Below, one piece after another: positions 9,522 to 20,168 of a stretch of 64,000 bases of DNA (position 1 is its first letter; every line of letters starts with the position of its first letter). A program made the translations under genes and the position numbers. The stretch is from an uncultured bacterium. GTDB taxonomy: Bacteria > Oederibacteriota > JAAXVQ01 > JAUVAV01. Location of the stretch: assembly GCA_963710755.1 (NCBI GenBank), contig CAVQBK010000002.1, forward strand, positions 160,001 to 224,000, written 5' to 3'. The notes beneath the pieces were generated by a model. That model was not told the origin of the DNA. It saw only the letters and a program-made list of their open reading frames with translations, and did not search any database.

Positions 9522-10646
9522 ATGAATAAATTAAAGCGGTTCATTTATCAGGGGCGTTATGCTCTGCTCTTTATTCATCTTGCCTGGTTCTGGCCAGGGG
9601 CAGTTCATGCCTATTTTCAGGATCTGGGCATGGGCGTCAGGCCCGCAGGCATGGGCGAGGCTTTTGTAGCCGTGGCTGATGATTCCAATACCCTTCTTTA
9701 TAATGCCGCTGGTCTGGCCGACCTTCAGCAACAGGAACTCAACTTTATGTATTCCAACCTGCTAACCAATCTTAATGCCCGGCTTTTCACCAGTTACTCT
9801 GATACCCTTGGCTTTCATAATCTCGGAGCAGTTATGCCCTTTGACCGGACCATCGGGTCTTTTGGCGCCGTCTGGACACAATTTTCTTCCGCCTTTTACA
9901 AAGAAAACACTGTCGGTTTAAGTTACGCCCGTACCATTGGTCATGATTTGTTTAATTTGAACGAGGAGCAGGCGCGCATCGACGCAGGCATCAATGTAAA
10001 AAGCTTGTTTTGGTCGGTCAATGCCAACGATTACACAACCGCCAACCCCTTGTTCCAAAAGGAAGGACTCTCTCGGCAAGGGTTCACCGCCGATGTGGGT
10101 CTTTTGGTAAAATTTCCCTTCCATTGGAACTTGGGTGTGTCCTTTGAAAACATTGTGCCTGTTGATCTGGGTTTGGACGCCAGTGAAATCGTACCGCTCA
10201 ATATCCGTCTGGGAACCGCTTACCGCTATGATTGGCCCCATCAAACGCAGCCCAACGGAGATTATGTTATGGCCAGCACGGATTTGGTCTACCGCAACGG
10301 CCTTGGTGATGTGCGCGTGGGAACCGAATGGAGTTTCTTTAACCGGTTGGTAAATGTGCGCCTGGGCACCACGGTGGATCAGTTTTCTCTGGGGTTGGGA
10401 CTAAACACCCCTTTTCAGAATGCGCCACGTGCAGCCAGCCTTGACTATGCTTTTATTTACCCCTATGCCATTAAGGATACCTGGGGCACCCACCGCGTAT
10501 CCCTGATAATTCGCTGGGGACGGATTTCGGAAACCACGATTGACAAGCATCCTAAATTTAAATTGCAAAACCTGGAACTCGATCAACCGTCCTATGAAGA
10601 GTTAGCCCCGGGCACCCAGACCACACCCAACACCCCTGCACCGTAA
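9522..10646 (+). CDS. PorV/PorQ-family outer-membrane beta-barrel protein
   Basis: Signal peptide ending VHA; GVRPAGMGEAFVAVADDSNTLLYNAAGL signature; LDYAF...GTHRVSL final strands. Confidence 0.8.
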   Translation: MNKLKRFIYQGRYALLFIHLAWFWPGAVHAYFQDLGMGVRPAGMGEAFVAVADDSNTLLYNAAGLADLQQQELNFMYSNLLTNLNARLFTSYSDTLGFHNLGAVMPFDRTIGSFGAVWTQFSSAFYKENTVGLSYARTIGHDLFNLNEEQARIDAGINVKSLFWSVNANDYTTANPLFQKEGLSRQGFTADVGLLVKFPFHWNLGVSFENIVPVDLGLDASEIVPLNIRLGTAYRYDWPHQTQPNGDYVMASTDLVYRNGLGDVRVGTEWSFFNRLVNVRLGTTVDQFSLGLGLNTPFQNAPRAASLDYAFIYPYAIKDTWGTHRVSLIIRWGRISETTIDKHPKFKLQNLELDQPSYEELAPGTQTTPNTPAP

Positions 10647-10663
10647 ATCCCTTTGGGTTACGC

Positions 10664-11428
10664 TTACTTGCCCTGCTCTGCTTGGAATTGTTGCCGTTTA
10701 GCCTCAAACAGGGTGATGCCCGTGGCCACCGCCGCATTGAGGGAGTTGACCTGACCAAACATGGGGATGGTCAATAAAAAATCGCAATGTTCCCGGGTTA
10801 AACGGCGCAGACCTTTGCCTTCCCCACCGATGACCAAGGCCAGCGGACGGTTCAAGTCCGACATCCATAGAGATTGGCCGCCCTCCGCCACCAAGCCCGC
10901 AACCCAGATGTTGTTCTTTTTTAAACCCTCCAGAGTGATGGCCAGATTTTTTACCTGAGCCATGGGCAAATGCGCCGTAGCGCCGCCGGACGTCTTAATG
11001 GCCGTGGCCGTAAGCGCGGCACTGCGATGATAGGTCATGATCAAGCCATGGGCACCCGCACCTTCCGCACAGCGCACTATGGCCCCCAGATTTCTAGGAT
11101 CCTCAATTTCATCGGTGACCAGGAGCAACGGCGAGGGGGTTTTGGCCAAGGCTTGGTCCAGCACCTCATGCACTTCCTGAAATTGATGTGCTTTGATAAA
11201 GGCCACTACCCCCTGGCTGACATTGGCCCCGAAAAGCTTGTCCAGATGACGACGTTCCATCCATTCCACGGAGATATTCCGGGCCTGGGCTTCATTTTGT
11301 AATTCCGTAAGAATGGCGCCATGGGTACCTTTAGCCAACATGACCCTTTCCACTTGAGTGTCATGGGATTTTAGCGCTTCCAGCACAGTTCGACGGCCAT
11401 ATATTTTTCTGATCTCACTCATAAACAA
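10664..11428 (-). CDS. rlmB: 23S rRNA (Gm2251) 2'-O-methyltransferase, SPOUT/TrmH family
   Basis: DPRNLGAIVR, GGEGKGL, IPMFGQVNSLNAAVA; follows cysS. Confidence 0.93.
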   Translation of the reverse strand: MFMSEIRKIYGRRTVLEALKSHDTQVERVMLAKGTHGAILTELQNEAQARNISVEWMERRHLDKLFGANVSQGVVAFIKAHQFQEVHEVLDQALAKTPSPLLLVTDEIEDPRNLGAIVRCAEGAGAHGLIMTYHRSAALTATAIKTSGGATAHLPMAQVKNLAITLEGLKKNNIWVAGLVAEGGQSLWMSDLNRPLALVIGGEGKGLRRLTREHCDFLLTIPMFGQVNSLNAAVATGITLFEAKRQQFQAEQGK

Positions 11429-11429
11429 C

Positions 11430-12887
11430 CTATCCTTTGTTAGGATCCTTCCGATCAGATAGCGCGCTGTCCTGGATCGTTTTTAAGGCCAAGGCGCCAA
11501 AAGGCGTATCTTCCACGACAAATCCTTGCGTCTGAATTTGATCACGCAAGCGATCGGAAGCAGCCCAGTCTTTTTGCTGGCGGGCCAGATGACGCTGCTC
11601 CAGCAGCGCCAAAATTTCCGGTGGGGCCAAGCTCAGGTCCGGGTCGATTCCCAAAATAGCCAGCATCTCCAGAAGCTGTTGTTGGGCATGATTTAATGCT
11701 TGAAATAAAGTGTACGATTTTTGAGGACGGCCGGAAAGGATCTTTTTCACCTGATTGGCCAGACTGAATAAATGTCCGAGAGCCCCGGCCGTATTCAAGT
11801 CATCCTGTAGAGCCAGGTGAAATTTCTCCGTGCTGCGGACAGCAGCGGTTTGCAAAGCTTCAGCTTGGGGATCAGCGACACTATCTTGGGGAACAGAAAT
11901 ACGCAAAAGTTCCACCAAACGATGAATGGTATACTGCAACTCCCGGTAGGCGTGATAAGCCGCGTCAAGGTTATCCTGATTAAATTCCAGGGGACTGCGG
12001 TAATGGGCGGACAACATAAACAAGCGCAGCACTTGATAGGGATAATGCCCAAGCAGTTCACGCACCACTTTGAAATTACCCAGTGATTTTGACATCTTTT
12101 GACCATCAATTTTCAGGTAACCGTTGTGCATCCAATAATTAGCCAACGGCTTTCCTGTCACACATTCACTTTGAGCATTTTCATTCTCGTGATGGGGAAA
12201 GATTAAATCTTCTCCGCCACCGTGGATATCAAAAGTGTCGCCCAAATAACGCATAGCCATAGCTGAGCATTCAATATGCCACCCCGGCCGGCCTGCGCCC
12301 CAGGGTGAAGCCCAGGACGGTTCCCCTGGTTTGGCCGCTTTCCAAAGCGCGAAATCCAAAGGATCTTGTTTGCGCTCGTTGATATTAATGCGAGCTCCGC
12401 TTGCCAGCTCGTCGATGGCTTTCCCCGAAATCCGGCCGTAAGCTTTAAAATCCCGGACACGGAAAAAGACATCCCCGTCCACAATATAGGCGTACCCTTG
12501 TTCCAGAATGCGGGAAATCAACTTGATAATTTCGGGTATGTGTTCGGTGGCTTTGGGAAATAGGTCGGCCGGCAAACAGCCCAAGGCTTTATGGTCTTCT
12601 AAAAATGCTTGGGCAAATTCACGAGCCACGTCCTCCGGCAATCGGCCCTCCTTGTTGGCACGGTTGATAATTTTATCATCCACATCGGTAATATTTTGCA
12701 CCAAGGTAACCTTGGGGAAATGGTGCTGCAGCACGCGCCGCAAGGTATCAAACACCACAAAAGCACGGGCATTGCCGACATGAAAATAATCGTAAACCGT
12801 CGGCCCGCAGGCATATATTTTGACATGGTTGGGATCGAGAGGCCGAAAAGTCTCTTTCTGCCGTGTCATGGTATTGTACAGTTGCAT
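11430..12887 (-). CDS. cysS: cysteine--tRNA ligase
   Basis: CGPTVYD, HVGN (HIGH), GRPGWHIECSAM, KMSKS. Confidence 0.98.
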   Translation of the reverse strand: MQLYNTMTRQKETFRPLDPNHVKIYACGPTVYDYFHVGNARAFVVFDTLRRVLQHHFPKVTLVQNITDVDDKIINRANKEGRLPEDVAREFAQAFLEDHKALGCLPADLFPKATEHIPEIIKLISRILEQGYAYIVDGDVFFRVRDFKAYGRISGKAIDELASGARININERKQDPLDFALWKAAKPGEPSWASPWGAGRPGWHIECSAMAMRYLGDTFDIHGGGEDLIFPHHENENAQSECVTGKPLANYWMHNGYLKIDGQKMSKSLGNFKVVRELLGHYPYQVLRLFMLSAHYRSPLEFNQDNLDAAYHAYRELQYTIHRLVELLRISVPQDSVADPQAEALQTAAVRSTEKFHLALQDDLNTAGALGHLFSLANQVKKILSGRPQKSYTLFQALNHAQQQLLEMLAILGIDPDLSLAPPEILALLEQRHLARQQKDWAASDRLRDQIQTQGFVVEDTPFGALALKTIQDSALSDRKDPNKG

Positions 12888-12969
12888 GCTTAACTCCTCA
12901 AAGGTAACCGCGCCGCCTGCGGCCTTGACAAACCCATCAAATTACCCCAAGCGACTTGCAGGGGTGTTT

Positions 12970-12998
12970 ATCATAGCCGTTTGGGCAATTTTTTTCAA
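12970..12998 (-). promoter_or_regulatory. putative sigma70 promoter for cysS-rlmB
   Basis: TTGAAA-17 nt-TATGAT downstream of the rplQ terminator. Confidence 0.55.
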
Positions 12999-13043
12999 TG
13001 TCCATTTCCCGCGGCAGTGTCTCTAAACCCGGTTGCATTGAAT

Positions 13044-13074
13044 AAAAAAAGGCAGGTTGCATTGCAACCTGCCT
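13044..13074 (-). terminator. intrinsic terminator of the alpha operon
   Basis: AGGCAGGTTGCAATGCAACCTGCCT hairpin followed by a T-run on minus strand, just after rplQ. Confidence 0.8.
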
Positions 13075-13108
13075 GGCTTGAACTTATTTGCTTTAAATAT
13101 TTAAATAA

Positions 13109-13846
13109 TTATTGGCTCTTCTTTTTAGCCGCCTTTTTCTTGGCCGCTTTCTTTTGCAAGGTCACTTGGACTGCCAGCTTCTTTTTGGTATTGCGACCGC
13201 TTTTAGCCGCCTTTTTACGGTCTTCTTTACCAGCAGTAATTTCTTTTTTAACTTTTTCCCGCTGGGCGGCTCTTTCTTTCTTCACTTTCTCTTGGGCGGC
13301 TTGGCGCTCACTGATTTTGCTTTGCTGTTCACCACTTTTTGCTACTTTTTTAACCTTCTCTTTTTCCTTGGCGACTTGGCCTGCCGCTTTTTTATCCTTC
13401 TTTTCTTTTTTCAGTCTCTTTTCCTTCTCTTCTTCTGATTCGGCCACCTTAATCTGTTTGGTATGCTGACCGGGCAGAGTTTGACCAGGAACCCAATCGA
13501 CCAATTCCAAAAACGCAGCCTGGGCCCCGTCACCGGCACGATTGCCCACTTTAATAATCCTGGTATAACCACCGGCACGGTCCTTGTACCATTCCACCAT
13601 ATGATCAAAAAGGCGATTGACCACATCTTTTCGGGAGATCAACGCCATGGCTTGGCGGCGATGATGGAGGGTGCCTTTTTTTGCCAGCGTAATCATCTTT
13701 TCGGCCAAAGACTTTGTTTCTTTAGCTCTAGCCAACGTGGTCTGAATGCGGCCATGCAAATAGAGGGCCTCTACCAATTGTTTCATCATGGCTCGACGAC
13801 GATGTTCGGGAACACCCAACCGTCTTCCGCTTGTTCTATGTCTCAT
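13109..13846 (-). CDS. rplQ: 50S ribosomal protein L17 with long Lys/Ala-rich C-terminal tail
   Basis: MRHR start at 13846, IQTTLARAKE, GGYTRIIK, R.GD.A; ~125 extra residues. Confidence 0.96.
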   Translation of the reverse strand: MRHRTSGRRLGVPEHRRRAMMKQLVEALYLHGRIQTTLARAKETKSLAEKMITLAKKGTLHHRRQAMALISRKDVVNRLFDHMVEWYKDRAGGYTRIIKVGNRAGDGAQAAFLELVDWVPGQTLPGQHTKQIKVAESEEEKEKRLKKEKKDKKAAGQVAKEKEKVKKVAKSGEQQSKISERQAAQEKVKKERAAQREKVKKEITAGKEDRKKAAKSGRNTKKKLAVQVTLQKKAAKKKAAKKKSQ

Positions 13847-14055
13847 TGCGTTTACCTTCCTTAGTCGTTCTTGAACCTCCAATTACTTTCAGCTCAGGGC
13901 CAGCTCGAAAGATGGTGTTCATGATAATAGATGCGGTCCTGGACCAGGGCCGGCCGTCATTGAAGGCGTTTAATTGCATTCCATTTATCCCTGAGGACTA
14001 GGACTTATAACGTTCCACTTGTGCCAAATCATCTTGTGGTTTGACGTAAAATAAA

Positions 14056-15051
14056 TTAATTTTGTTTGCCGGATTTCTCCGGGGATTCGGCAAAACTCAA
14101 GTCCATCCCCAATCCGAGTCCCATCTGCGTCAAACTTTCCTTGATTTCGTTCAGTGATTTCCTTCCGAAATTACGGTAGCGCAGCATTTCATTGTCCGAT
14201 TTGCTGACCAACTCCCCGATGGTTTTAATATTGGCCGTTTTCAAGCAATTGCTGGAACGAACGGAAAGCTCCATTTCTTCCACACTGCGGTTGAGCAGTT
14301 CGCGCAGCTTTTCCCGTTCCTCGTCAACTTCTTCTACTTCTTCCACCGGTTCTTCTTCGAAGTTAATGAAGATGGGCATTTGGTCTTTTAAAATTTTAGC
14401 GGCATGCGCCAAGGCATCATCCGGCCGAATGCGTCCATCGGTCCAGATCTCGATAATGAGTTTATCATAATCTGTCATCTGGCCAACCCGGGTATTCTCC
14501 GAGTCGATCTTGACCTTAGTTACCGGCGTAAAGATGGAATCCACCGGAATGGTGCCCACCGGATGATCTTCCCGCCGATTACGGGCCGCATCCACATAGC
14601 CACGGCCGGCATTAATTTCTATTTCCATTTCCAACTTGGCATCACGGTCATTCAAGGTAGCGATATGCAGTTCTTTGTTGATAATTTCCACAGCGCTGTC
14701 GGCTTCAATATCCGCGGCTGTCACTTCACGCTCACCGGTGACGTTGATGCGCACAATTTTCGGTCCGTCTTCATGCAACTTAACCTTCAATTGCTTGAGA
14801 TTAAGTACGATCTCCATGGCATCTTCCATAACATCCTGCAACGAGGCGTATTCATGAACTGCACCATTGATGCGTACTGCCGTTACTGCGGCTGCCTGGA
14901 TCGAAGAGAGCAAAATCCGACGTAGTGAGTTACCGATGGTCAATGCGAACCCACGTTCAAACGGCTCTGCAATGAATTTGCCGTAAAAATCCGTTAAGGT
15001 CTCACGATCACAGTCAAGACGTTCGGGTTTAACCAAGCTTTTCCATTTCAT
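14056..15051 (-). CDS. rpoA: RNA polymerase alpha subunit
   Basis: EPFERGF, GNSLRRILLSS, ELSVRSSNCL, NFGRKSL. Confidence 0.99.
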   Translation of the reverse strand: MKWKSLVKPERLDCDRETLTDFYGKFIAEPFERGFALTIGNSLRRILLSSIQAAAVTAVRINGAVHEYASLQDVMEDAMEIVLNLKQLKVKLHEDGPKIVRINVTGEREVTAADIEADSAVEIINKELHIATLNDRDAKLEMEIEINAGRGYVDAARNRREDHPVGTIPVDSIFTPVTKVKIDSENTRVGQMTDYDKLIIEIWTDGRIRPDDALAHAAKILKDQMPIFINFEEEPVEEVEEVDEEREKLRELLNRSVEEMELSVRSSNCLKTANIKTIGELVSKSDNEMLRYRNFGRKSLNEIKESLTQMGLGLGMDLSFAESPEKSGKQN

Positions 15052-15200
15052 TCGTCCACACCCCTTTGGTGGTTAAAATAACCCGCTCCAACGAGCGGCA
15101 CTGATAGTCGCTATAACTCCGATTGGCCGGCAAGGACTGCGATCCACCACCGCGCAAGCCCTGTATTCCTGCTCTCGGGCTTTGGGCCGGCCAGTCACGG

Positions 15201-15830
15201 TTATTTTGAATACAACTCTACAATCAATTGTTCCTGCACCGGCAAGGCCAATTCTTCGCGATTGGGTATTTTCGTAAAGGTACCCATGCATTTTTCCGCG
15301 TCTACTTCCATCCAGGCTGGTACACCGCCGCGGCGTTGCAGACTGTCCAAAGCAAGCACCACTGGTTTTAACTTTCTGCTTTTTTCCTTAATCTCAACCC
15401 GATCGCCGACACGCACCAAATAAGAAGAAATATTCACTTTGCGCCCGTTAACCAGGACATGCCCATGATTAACCAGTTGCCGTGAGACCAGGCGGTTGAT
15501 GCCATAGCCCATTCTGTAAACAACATTGTCCAATCGGCGTTCCAACAATTGCAGCATGATTTCGCCGGTGACACCCTCTTTGCGGTTGGCAATTTCATAA
15601 TAACGGCGAAATTGACTTTCCAGCAGTCCATACATGCGGCGCAACTTTTGTTTTTCCCGCAGCTGTTTGGCATAATCGGACAATTTGCTTCGCGTATCTT
15701 TGTGCTGCCCGGGCGCATAATTGCGCCGTTCGATGGCACACTTATCGGTGGTGCACTTATTGCCCTTTAAAAACAATTTCATGCCTTCACGCCGACATTG
15801 TTTACATTCCGGACCAACATATCTGGCCAT
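15201..15830 (-). CDS. rpsD: 30S ribosomal protein S4
   Basis: [31 protein letters not shown]. Confidence 0.98.
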   Translation of the reverse strand: MARYVGPECKQCRREGMKLFLKGNKCTTDKCAIERRNYAPGQHKDTRSKLSDYAKQLREKQKLRRMYGLLESQFRRYYEIANRKEGVTGEIMLQLLERRLDNVVYRMGYGINRLVSRQLVNHGHVLVNGRKVNISSYLVRVGDRVEIKEKSRKLKPVVLALDSLQRRGGVPAWMEVDAEKCMGTFTKIPNREELALPVQEQLIVELYSK

Positions 15831-15850
15831 AAGTTAGTTCCTCCTTCGCG

Positions 15851-16243
15851 TTAAACCCGGCGCCGTTTCGGCGGACGGCAGCCATTATGGGGTATAGGGG
15901 TTACATCTTTAATAACGGTTATTTCCAGACCAATGGCTTGAAGACTCCGGATAGCCGCTTCCCGGCCCGCTCCAGGCCCTTTGACAAAAACTTCAACTTC
16001 TTTCATACCTGCTTCCAAGGCCCGCTTCCCAGCGGATTCGGCCGCCATTTGCGCTGCAAAGGGCGTGCTCTTCCGGGATCCTTTAAAGCCCACCTGCCCG
16101 GCCGATGCGAACGCAATCACCGCACCGGTGCGGTCAGTGATAGATACAATGGTATTGTTAAAGGTCGATTGAATATGGGCTTGCCCCTCCAGGGGGGCTT
16201 TCTTCATTTTTTTCTTGCTTCGGCTTGAGCCTTTCTTAACCAC
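15851..16243 (-). CDS. rpsK: 30S ribosomal protein S11
   Basis: [34 protein letters not shown]. Confidence 0.98.
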   Translation of the reverse strand: MVKKGSSRSKKKMKKAPLEGQAHIQSTFNNTIVSITDRTGAVIAFASAGQVGFKGSRKSTPFAAQMAAESAGKRALEAGMKEVEVFVKGPGAGREAAIRSLQAIGLEITVIKDVTPIPHNGCRPPKRRRV

Positions 16244-16299
16244 GTGTATGCCTCCTTATTTGCTCACGTGAAGCCTTTCGACGATCAGGCTGTCATCAA

Positions 16300-16680
16300 T
16301 TATTTCTTGCCCGGCATTTTCTTGCCGGCGATGGCCTTACGCGGCCCTTTTCTGGTTCTGGCATTGGTATGCGTCCGCTGTCCGCGCACTGGCAGGCCGC
16401 GACGATGTCGGGTTCCACGATAAGATCCTATGTCAATGAGACGCTTAATATTCTGGCTGATCTCCCGTCTCAAATCCCCTTCCACCTGATAACTCTTGTT
16501 GATCACTTCCTGGAGGCGGTGGGTTTCATCTTCCGTCAGGTTCTTAACCCGCACTTCCGGTGAAACTTTGGCTTCACTCAATATTTTTTTTGAAAATGCG
16601 GGACCAATACCATAAATATAGGTCAATGCCGTTTCAATTCGTTTATCTTTGGGTAAATCGACGCCGCTAATGCGAGCCAT
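16300..16680 (-). CDS. rpsM: 30S ribosomal protein S13
   Basis: [28 protein letters not shown]. Confidence 0.98.
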   Translation of the reverse strand: MARISGVDLPKDKRIETALTYIYGIGPAFSKKILSEAKVSPEVRVKNLTEDETHRLQEVINKSYQVEGDLRREISQNIKRLIDIGSYRGTRHRRGLPVRGQRTHTNARTRKGPRKAIAGKKMPGKK

Positions 16681-16822
16681 AACGTCCTCCTTAATCTAGT
16701 AACCGTTTGTGCGGATGTGGTCAGATGCTTGCAAACGGAATAACACATGCCATCGGAAACAAAAGTCGTGGCCTTGCTTATAAACATGCCCCAACGATAC
16801 CTGGGCTTGGTCAAGACAGCCT

Positions 16823-16936
16823 TCACCCTTGGCGTTGTTTATGTTTGGCGTTTTCGCAAATAATGCGCACAATGCCTTTGCGTTTGATGACTTTGCATTT
16901 TTCGCACATCGGTTTCACTGATGCCCGTACTTTCAT
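16823..16936 (-). CDS. rpmJ: 50S ribosomal protein L36, not in ORF track
   Basis: Manual translation [37 protein letters not shown]. Confidence 0.97.
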   Translation of the reverse strand: MKVRASVKPMCEKCKVIKRKGIVRIICENAKHKQRQG

Positions 16937-17003
16937 TGGAAATTCCTCACTTTCCTGCGCTTGAAATCCCATCCAAGCTCAAGGCCATCGGCCCTGGCCG
17001 TCG

Positions 17004-17303
17004 TTATTTGTAGCGATAGGTTATGCGCCCGCGCTGCAGATCGTAGGGCGACATTTCCACCGTCACTTTATCCCCTGGCAAGATCCGGATAAAATGCATG
17101 CGCATTTTCCCGGAAATATGGGCCAGAACCACGTGCCCATTATCCAATTCCACACGGAACATGGCATTAGGCAAAGCCTCCAGCACCTTGCCCTCCAATT
17201 GAATAGAGTCTTCCTTGCCGGAAGGATTGACTGCTTCCCGCTGAGCTTTTCTTTTTTCGTACTTATCCTTGTCGCTTTGTTTCTTCCGATGCTGCGCTTT
17301 CAT
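17004..17303 (-). CDS. infA: translation initiation factor IF-1 (N-terminally extended)
   Basis: [34 protein letters not shown]. Confidence 0.95.
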   Translation of the reverse strand: MKAQHRKKQSDKDKYEKRKAQREAVNPSGKEDSIQLEGKVLEALPNAMFRVELDNGHVVLAHISGKMRMHFIRILPGDKVTVEMSPYDLQRGRITYRYK

Positions 17304-18043
17304 TGAGTTAAAACCTCCGCCTCATCATCTGAGACTACAATCGTGTTTTCAAAATGGGCTGATCGGGATCCATCCTGCGTCACCACGGTCCAATGATCGT
17401 CCAAGGTTCTGACATGATAGCTGCCCTTATTGACCATGGGTTCAATGGCCAAAACCATACCTTTTTTTAACCTCACCCCTTGATCGGCTTCTCCAAAATT
17501 TGGGATTTGCGGTTCTTCATGCAACTGCCGCCCAATCCCATGGCCAACGAAGTCCCGCACCACAGAGAAGCCCGCAGCTTCTACATGCCTTTGGATGGCA
17601 TGGCCGATATCTGAAAGGCGGCGGCCAGCTTTAGCTTGGGCGATACCTAGCACCAGAGCCGTTTGGGTAACTTCGATTAAACGGTGTTCTTCCTGTGGAA
17701 GGTCACCCACCGCAAAAGTCCGGGCAGCATCACTGAACCAACCTTCCAGCTGAACCCCGACATCAATGCTGATTAAATCCCCGGCCTTTAGTTTAACCTT
17801 GCCGGGAATGCCATGCACCACTTGATTATTAAGGGAAGTGCACAACGTGGCCGGATAGCCATGATACCCTTTAAAGGCCGGTTTTCCACCATGGTCCCGG
17901 ATAAAATGCTCTGCCCAATGGTCCATTTCCAACGTGGTGACACCCGGTCTGATGAAGCTTTCCAACTGTCGCAGCAACTCGGCCGTGATGCGCCCTGACT
18001 GCTGTAGTACTGCTATTTCATCAGCTGTTTTAATGGGGATCAA
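17300..18043 (-). CDS. map: methionine aminopeptidase type I
   Basis: [31 protein letters not shown]. Confidence 0.97.
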   Translation of the reverse strand: MIPIKTADEIAVLQQSGRITAELLRQLESFIRPGVTTLEMDHWAEHFIRDHGGKPAFKGYHGYPATLCTSLNNQVVHGIPGKVKLKAGDLISIDVGVQLEGWFSDAARTFAVGDLPQEEHRLIEVTQTALVLGIAQAKAGRRLSDIGHAIQRHVEAAGFSVVRDFVGHGIGRQLHEEPQIPNFGEADQGVRLKKGMVLAIEPMVNKGSYHVRTLDDHWTVVTQDGSRSAHFENTIVVSDDEAEVLTQ

Positions 18044-18699
18044 TTATGTTTTTCCCATTCAATGGCAGCTTTAATGGTTGCTAAGATGTCAGGAATATCG
18101 CCTTCTGCACTGACGGAACGCAACAGATCCATTTTGCGGTAATAATCAATCAGCGGTGCTGTTTGCTGGTTGTAAACCTCCAGGCGGTTGCTAATGGTCT
18201 CGGCATTGTCATCGGAACGCTGATAAAGTTCACCACCGCATTTGTCGCAAATGCCTTCTTGCTTGGGCATTAAGTTGGTGTTGACATTATAACCAGCGCC
18301 GCACTGTTTGCACATACGCCGCCCGGTCAAACGCAGGATAATCACATCCTTGGGAACATCGATATTGACTACCGCGTTTAAATGCTGACCTAACTTTTCC
18401 AAAATCCCATTCAGGGCCTCGGCTTGTTGAATGGTGCGGGGAAACCCGTCAAGGATAAAGCCCTTCTCCGCATCCGCTTGCCCCAAACGCTCTTCCACCA
18501 TTTTGGTGACCAAGTCATCGGGCACCAAGCCGCCCTGGTCCATATAACGTTTGGCTTCGCCACCCAAGGCCGTACCTTGCTTAACATTGGCACGCAGAAT
18601 ATCACCTGTGGAAATGGTAGGGATCCCCAATTCCGAACTCAATGGTCCTGCATAAGTACCTTTACCGGCACCAGGTGCACCTAAAAAGATAAGCCGCAT
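18040..18699 (-). CDS. adk: adenylate kinase (Zn-lid)
   Basis: GAPGAGKGT, LDGFPRT, CxxC...CxxC lid. Confidence 0.98.
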   Translation of the reverse strand: MRLIFLGAPGAGKGTYAGPLSSELGIPTISTGDILRANVKQGTALGGEAKRYMDQGGLVPDDLVTKMVEERLGQADAEKGFILDGFPRTIQQAEALNGILEKLGQHLNAVVNIDVPKDVIILRLTGRRMCKQCGAGYNVNTNLMPKQEGICDKCGGELYQRSDDNAETISNRLEVYNQQTAPLIDYYRKMDLLRSVSAEGDIPDILATIKAAIEWEKHN

Positions 18700-18824
18700 A
18701 GTTTTCCACGCCCCATTTCATCATTATATTGTTTTACAGCCTTATTACCAACCTCTGTCAGTACTTAACCTCGGAGATCTTCTCCGGCCAAAAGGAGGTT
18801 TGTGCTGTATGATCGCTAATATTT

Positions 18825-20168
18825 TTAAAATGAACCCCGGCCTTTTAATTTGCCCTGCTTCATGAACCCTTCATAATGGCGGGTCAATAAATGGGATTCA
18901 ATTTGTTTCATAGTATCCAGGGCCACACCGACCACAATCAGGAGCGTTGTGCCCCCGAAATACCAACCGATGGACATTTGTTTGGCCAACATATCAGGAA
19001 TAATGGCAATGATCACAATGGCCAAGGCTCCACCCAAAGTAATTTTTGACAACGTCTGGTCAATATAGTCCGCCGTTGATTTGCCTGGCCTTAATCCTGG
19101 AATGAAGCCCCCATATTTTTTCATGTTATCCGCTACATCGGAGGGGTTGAAGGTAATCGATGTGTAGAAATAACAGAAAAAGACAATTAAAAAGGCATAC
19201 AGTAACGTATGCACAATGGTCCCCGGGGTTAAGTAGGCCACGATAGTCTGCAGAATCGTCTGTCCTATGCCGGTAGAATCAGGATTCTCAAAATATTTGG
19301 CCAAAGTCGTCGGTGTAACCAGCACGGAACTGGCAAAAATTACCGCAATGACTCCGGAATAATCAACTTTCAAGGGCAACTGGGTGGACTGGCCACGATA
19401 AACTTTTCTTCCCACCACCCGCTGGGCATACTGCACGGGGATCTTGCGGTAGGATTGCTGAATAATGACGGTTAAGGCAACCAGCGCCGCTAACACGGCC
19501 AGAAATAGTGTCATCTGAACCAAATTAACCGAACCGGCCTGGAATAAGGCCCACATGGAACCAATTTCCATGGGCAGACGTGCCACAATACCCGCAAAGA
19601 TGATGATCGACATGCCGTTGCCAATGCCCCGTTCCGATATCTGCTCTCCCAGCCACATAATGAAGATCGTGCCACAGGTCAAGGTCAACACCGTGGTTAA
19701 TTGAAAACCCAGACCCCAATTAATTACGATGGATTGACCTGTTCCCCCGCCGGGATTAATGTTATGTAGCATGTAGGTCATGCCCAATGACTGGACAATG
19801 CAAAGCAGCACCGTGCCATAGCGTGTATATTGGGTTATTTTCTTGCGGCCTTGTTCCCCTTCTTTTTGCAGTCGCTCCAAATAAGGGACCACCGAAGTAA
19901 GCAATTGAAGAATAATGGAGGTGGAAATATACGGCATAATACCCAAGGCAAACACCGAAAATTTGCTTAACGCGCCCCCGGTGAATAAATCTAAAAAGCC
20001 CAAAACCCCGCCGGCCTGGCTCTGCATCATGGCCTGCATGGCCGCCGCATTGATACCTGGGGTGGGCACATGGGATCCAATTCGGTAAACAAAAATCATG
20101 GCCAGTGTAAACAGAATTCGGCGTTTTAGTTCGGGAATGGAAACAGCATTCTGAAATGCACCAATCAT
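18825..20168 (-). CDS. secY: preprotein translocase subunit SecY
   Basis: LGIMPYISTSII, GIGNG.S, FIPGLRPG, GGTTLLIVVGV. Confidence 0.98.
   Translation of the reverse strand: MIGAFQNAVSIPELKRRILFTLAMIFVYRIGSHVPTPGINAAAMQAMMQSQAGGVLGFLDLFTGGALSKFSVFALGIMPYISTSIILQLLTSVVPYLERLQKEGEQGRKKITQYTRYGTVLLCIVQSLGMTYMLHNINPGGGTGQSIVINWGLGFQLTTVLTLTCGTIFIMWLGEQISERGIGNGMSIIIFAGIVARLPMEIGSMWALFQAGSVNLVQMTLFLAVLAALVALTVIIQQSYRKIPVQYAQRVVGRKVYRGQSTQLPLKVDYSGVIAVIFASSVLVTPTTLAKYFENPDSTGIGQTILQTIVAYLTPGTIVHTLLYAFLIVFFCYFYTSITFNPSDVADNMKKYGGFIPGLRPGKSTADYIDQTLSKITLGGALAIVIIAIIPDMLAKQMSIGWYFGGTTLLIVVGVALDTMKQIESHLLTRHYEGFMKQGKLKGRGSF

Noticed and set aside
12890-13040. T-box riboswitch before cysS
   Set aside because: Leader is short and lacks the T-box GGTGGNACCGCG consensus
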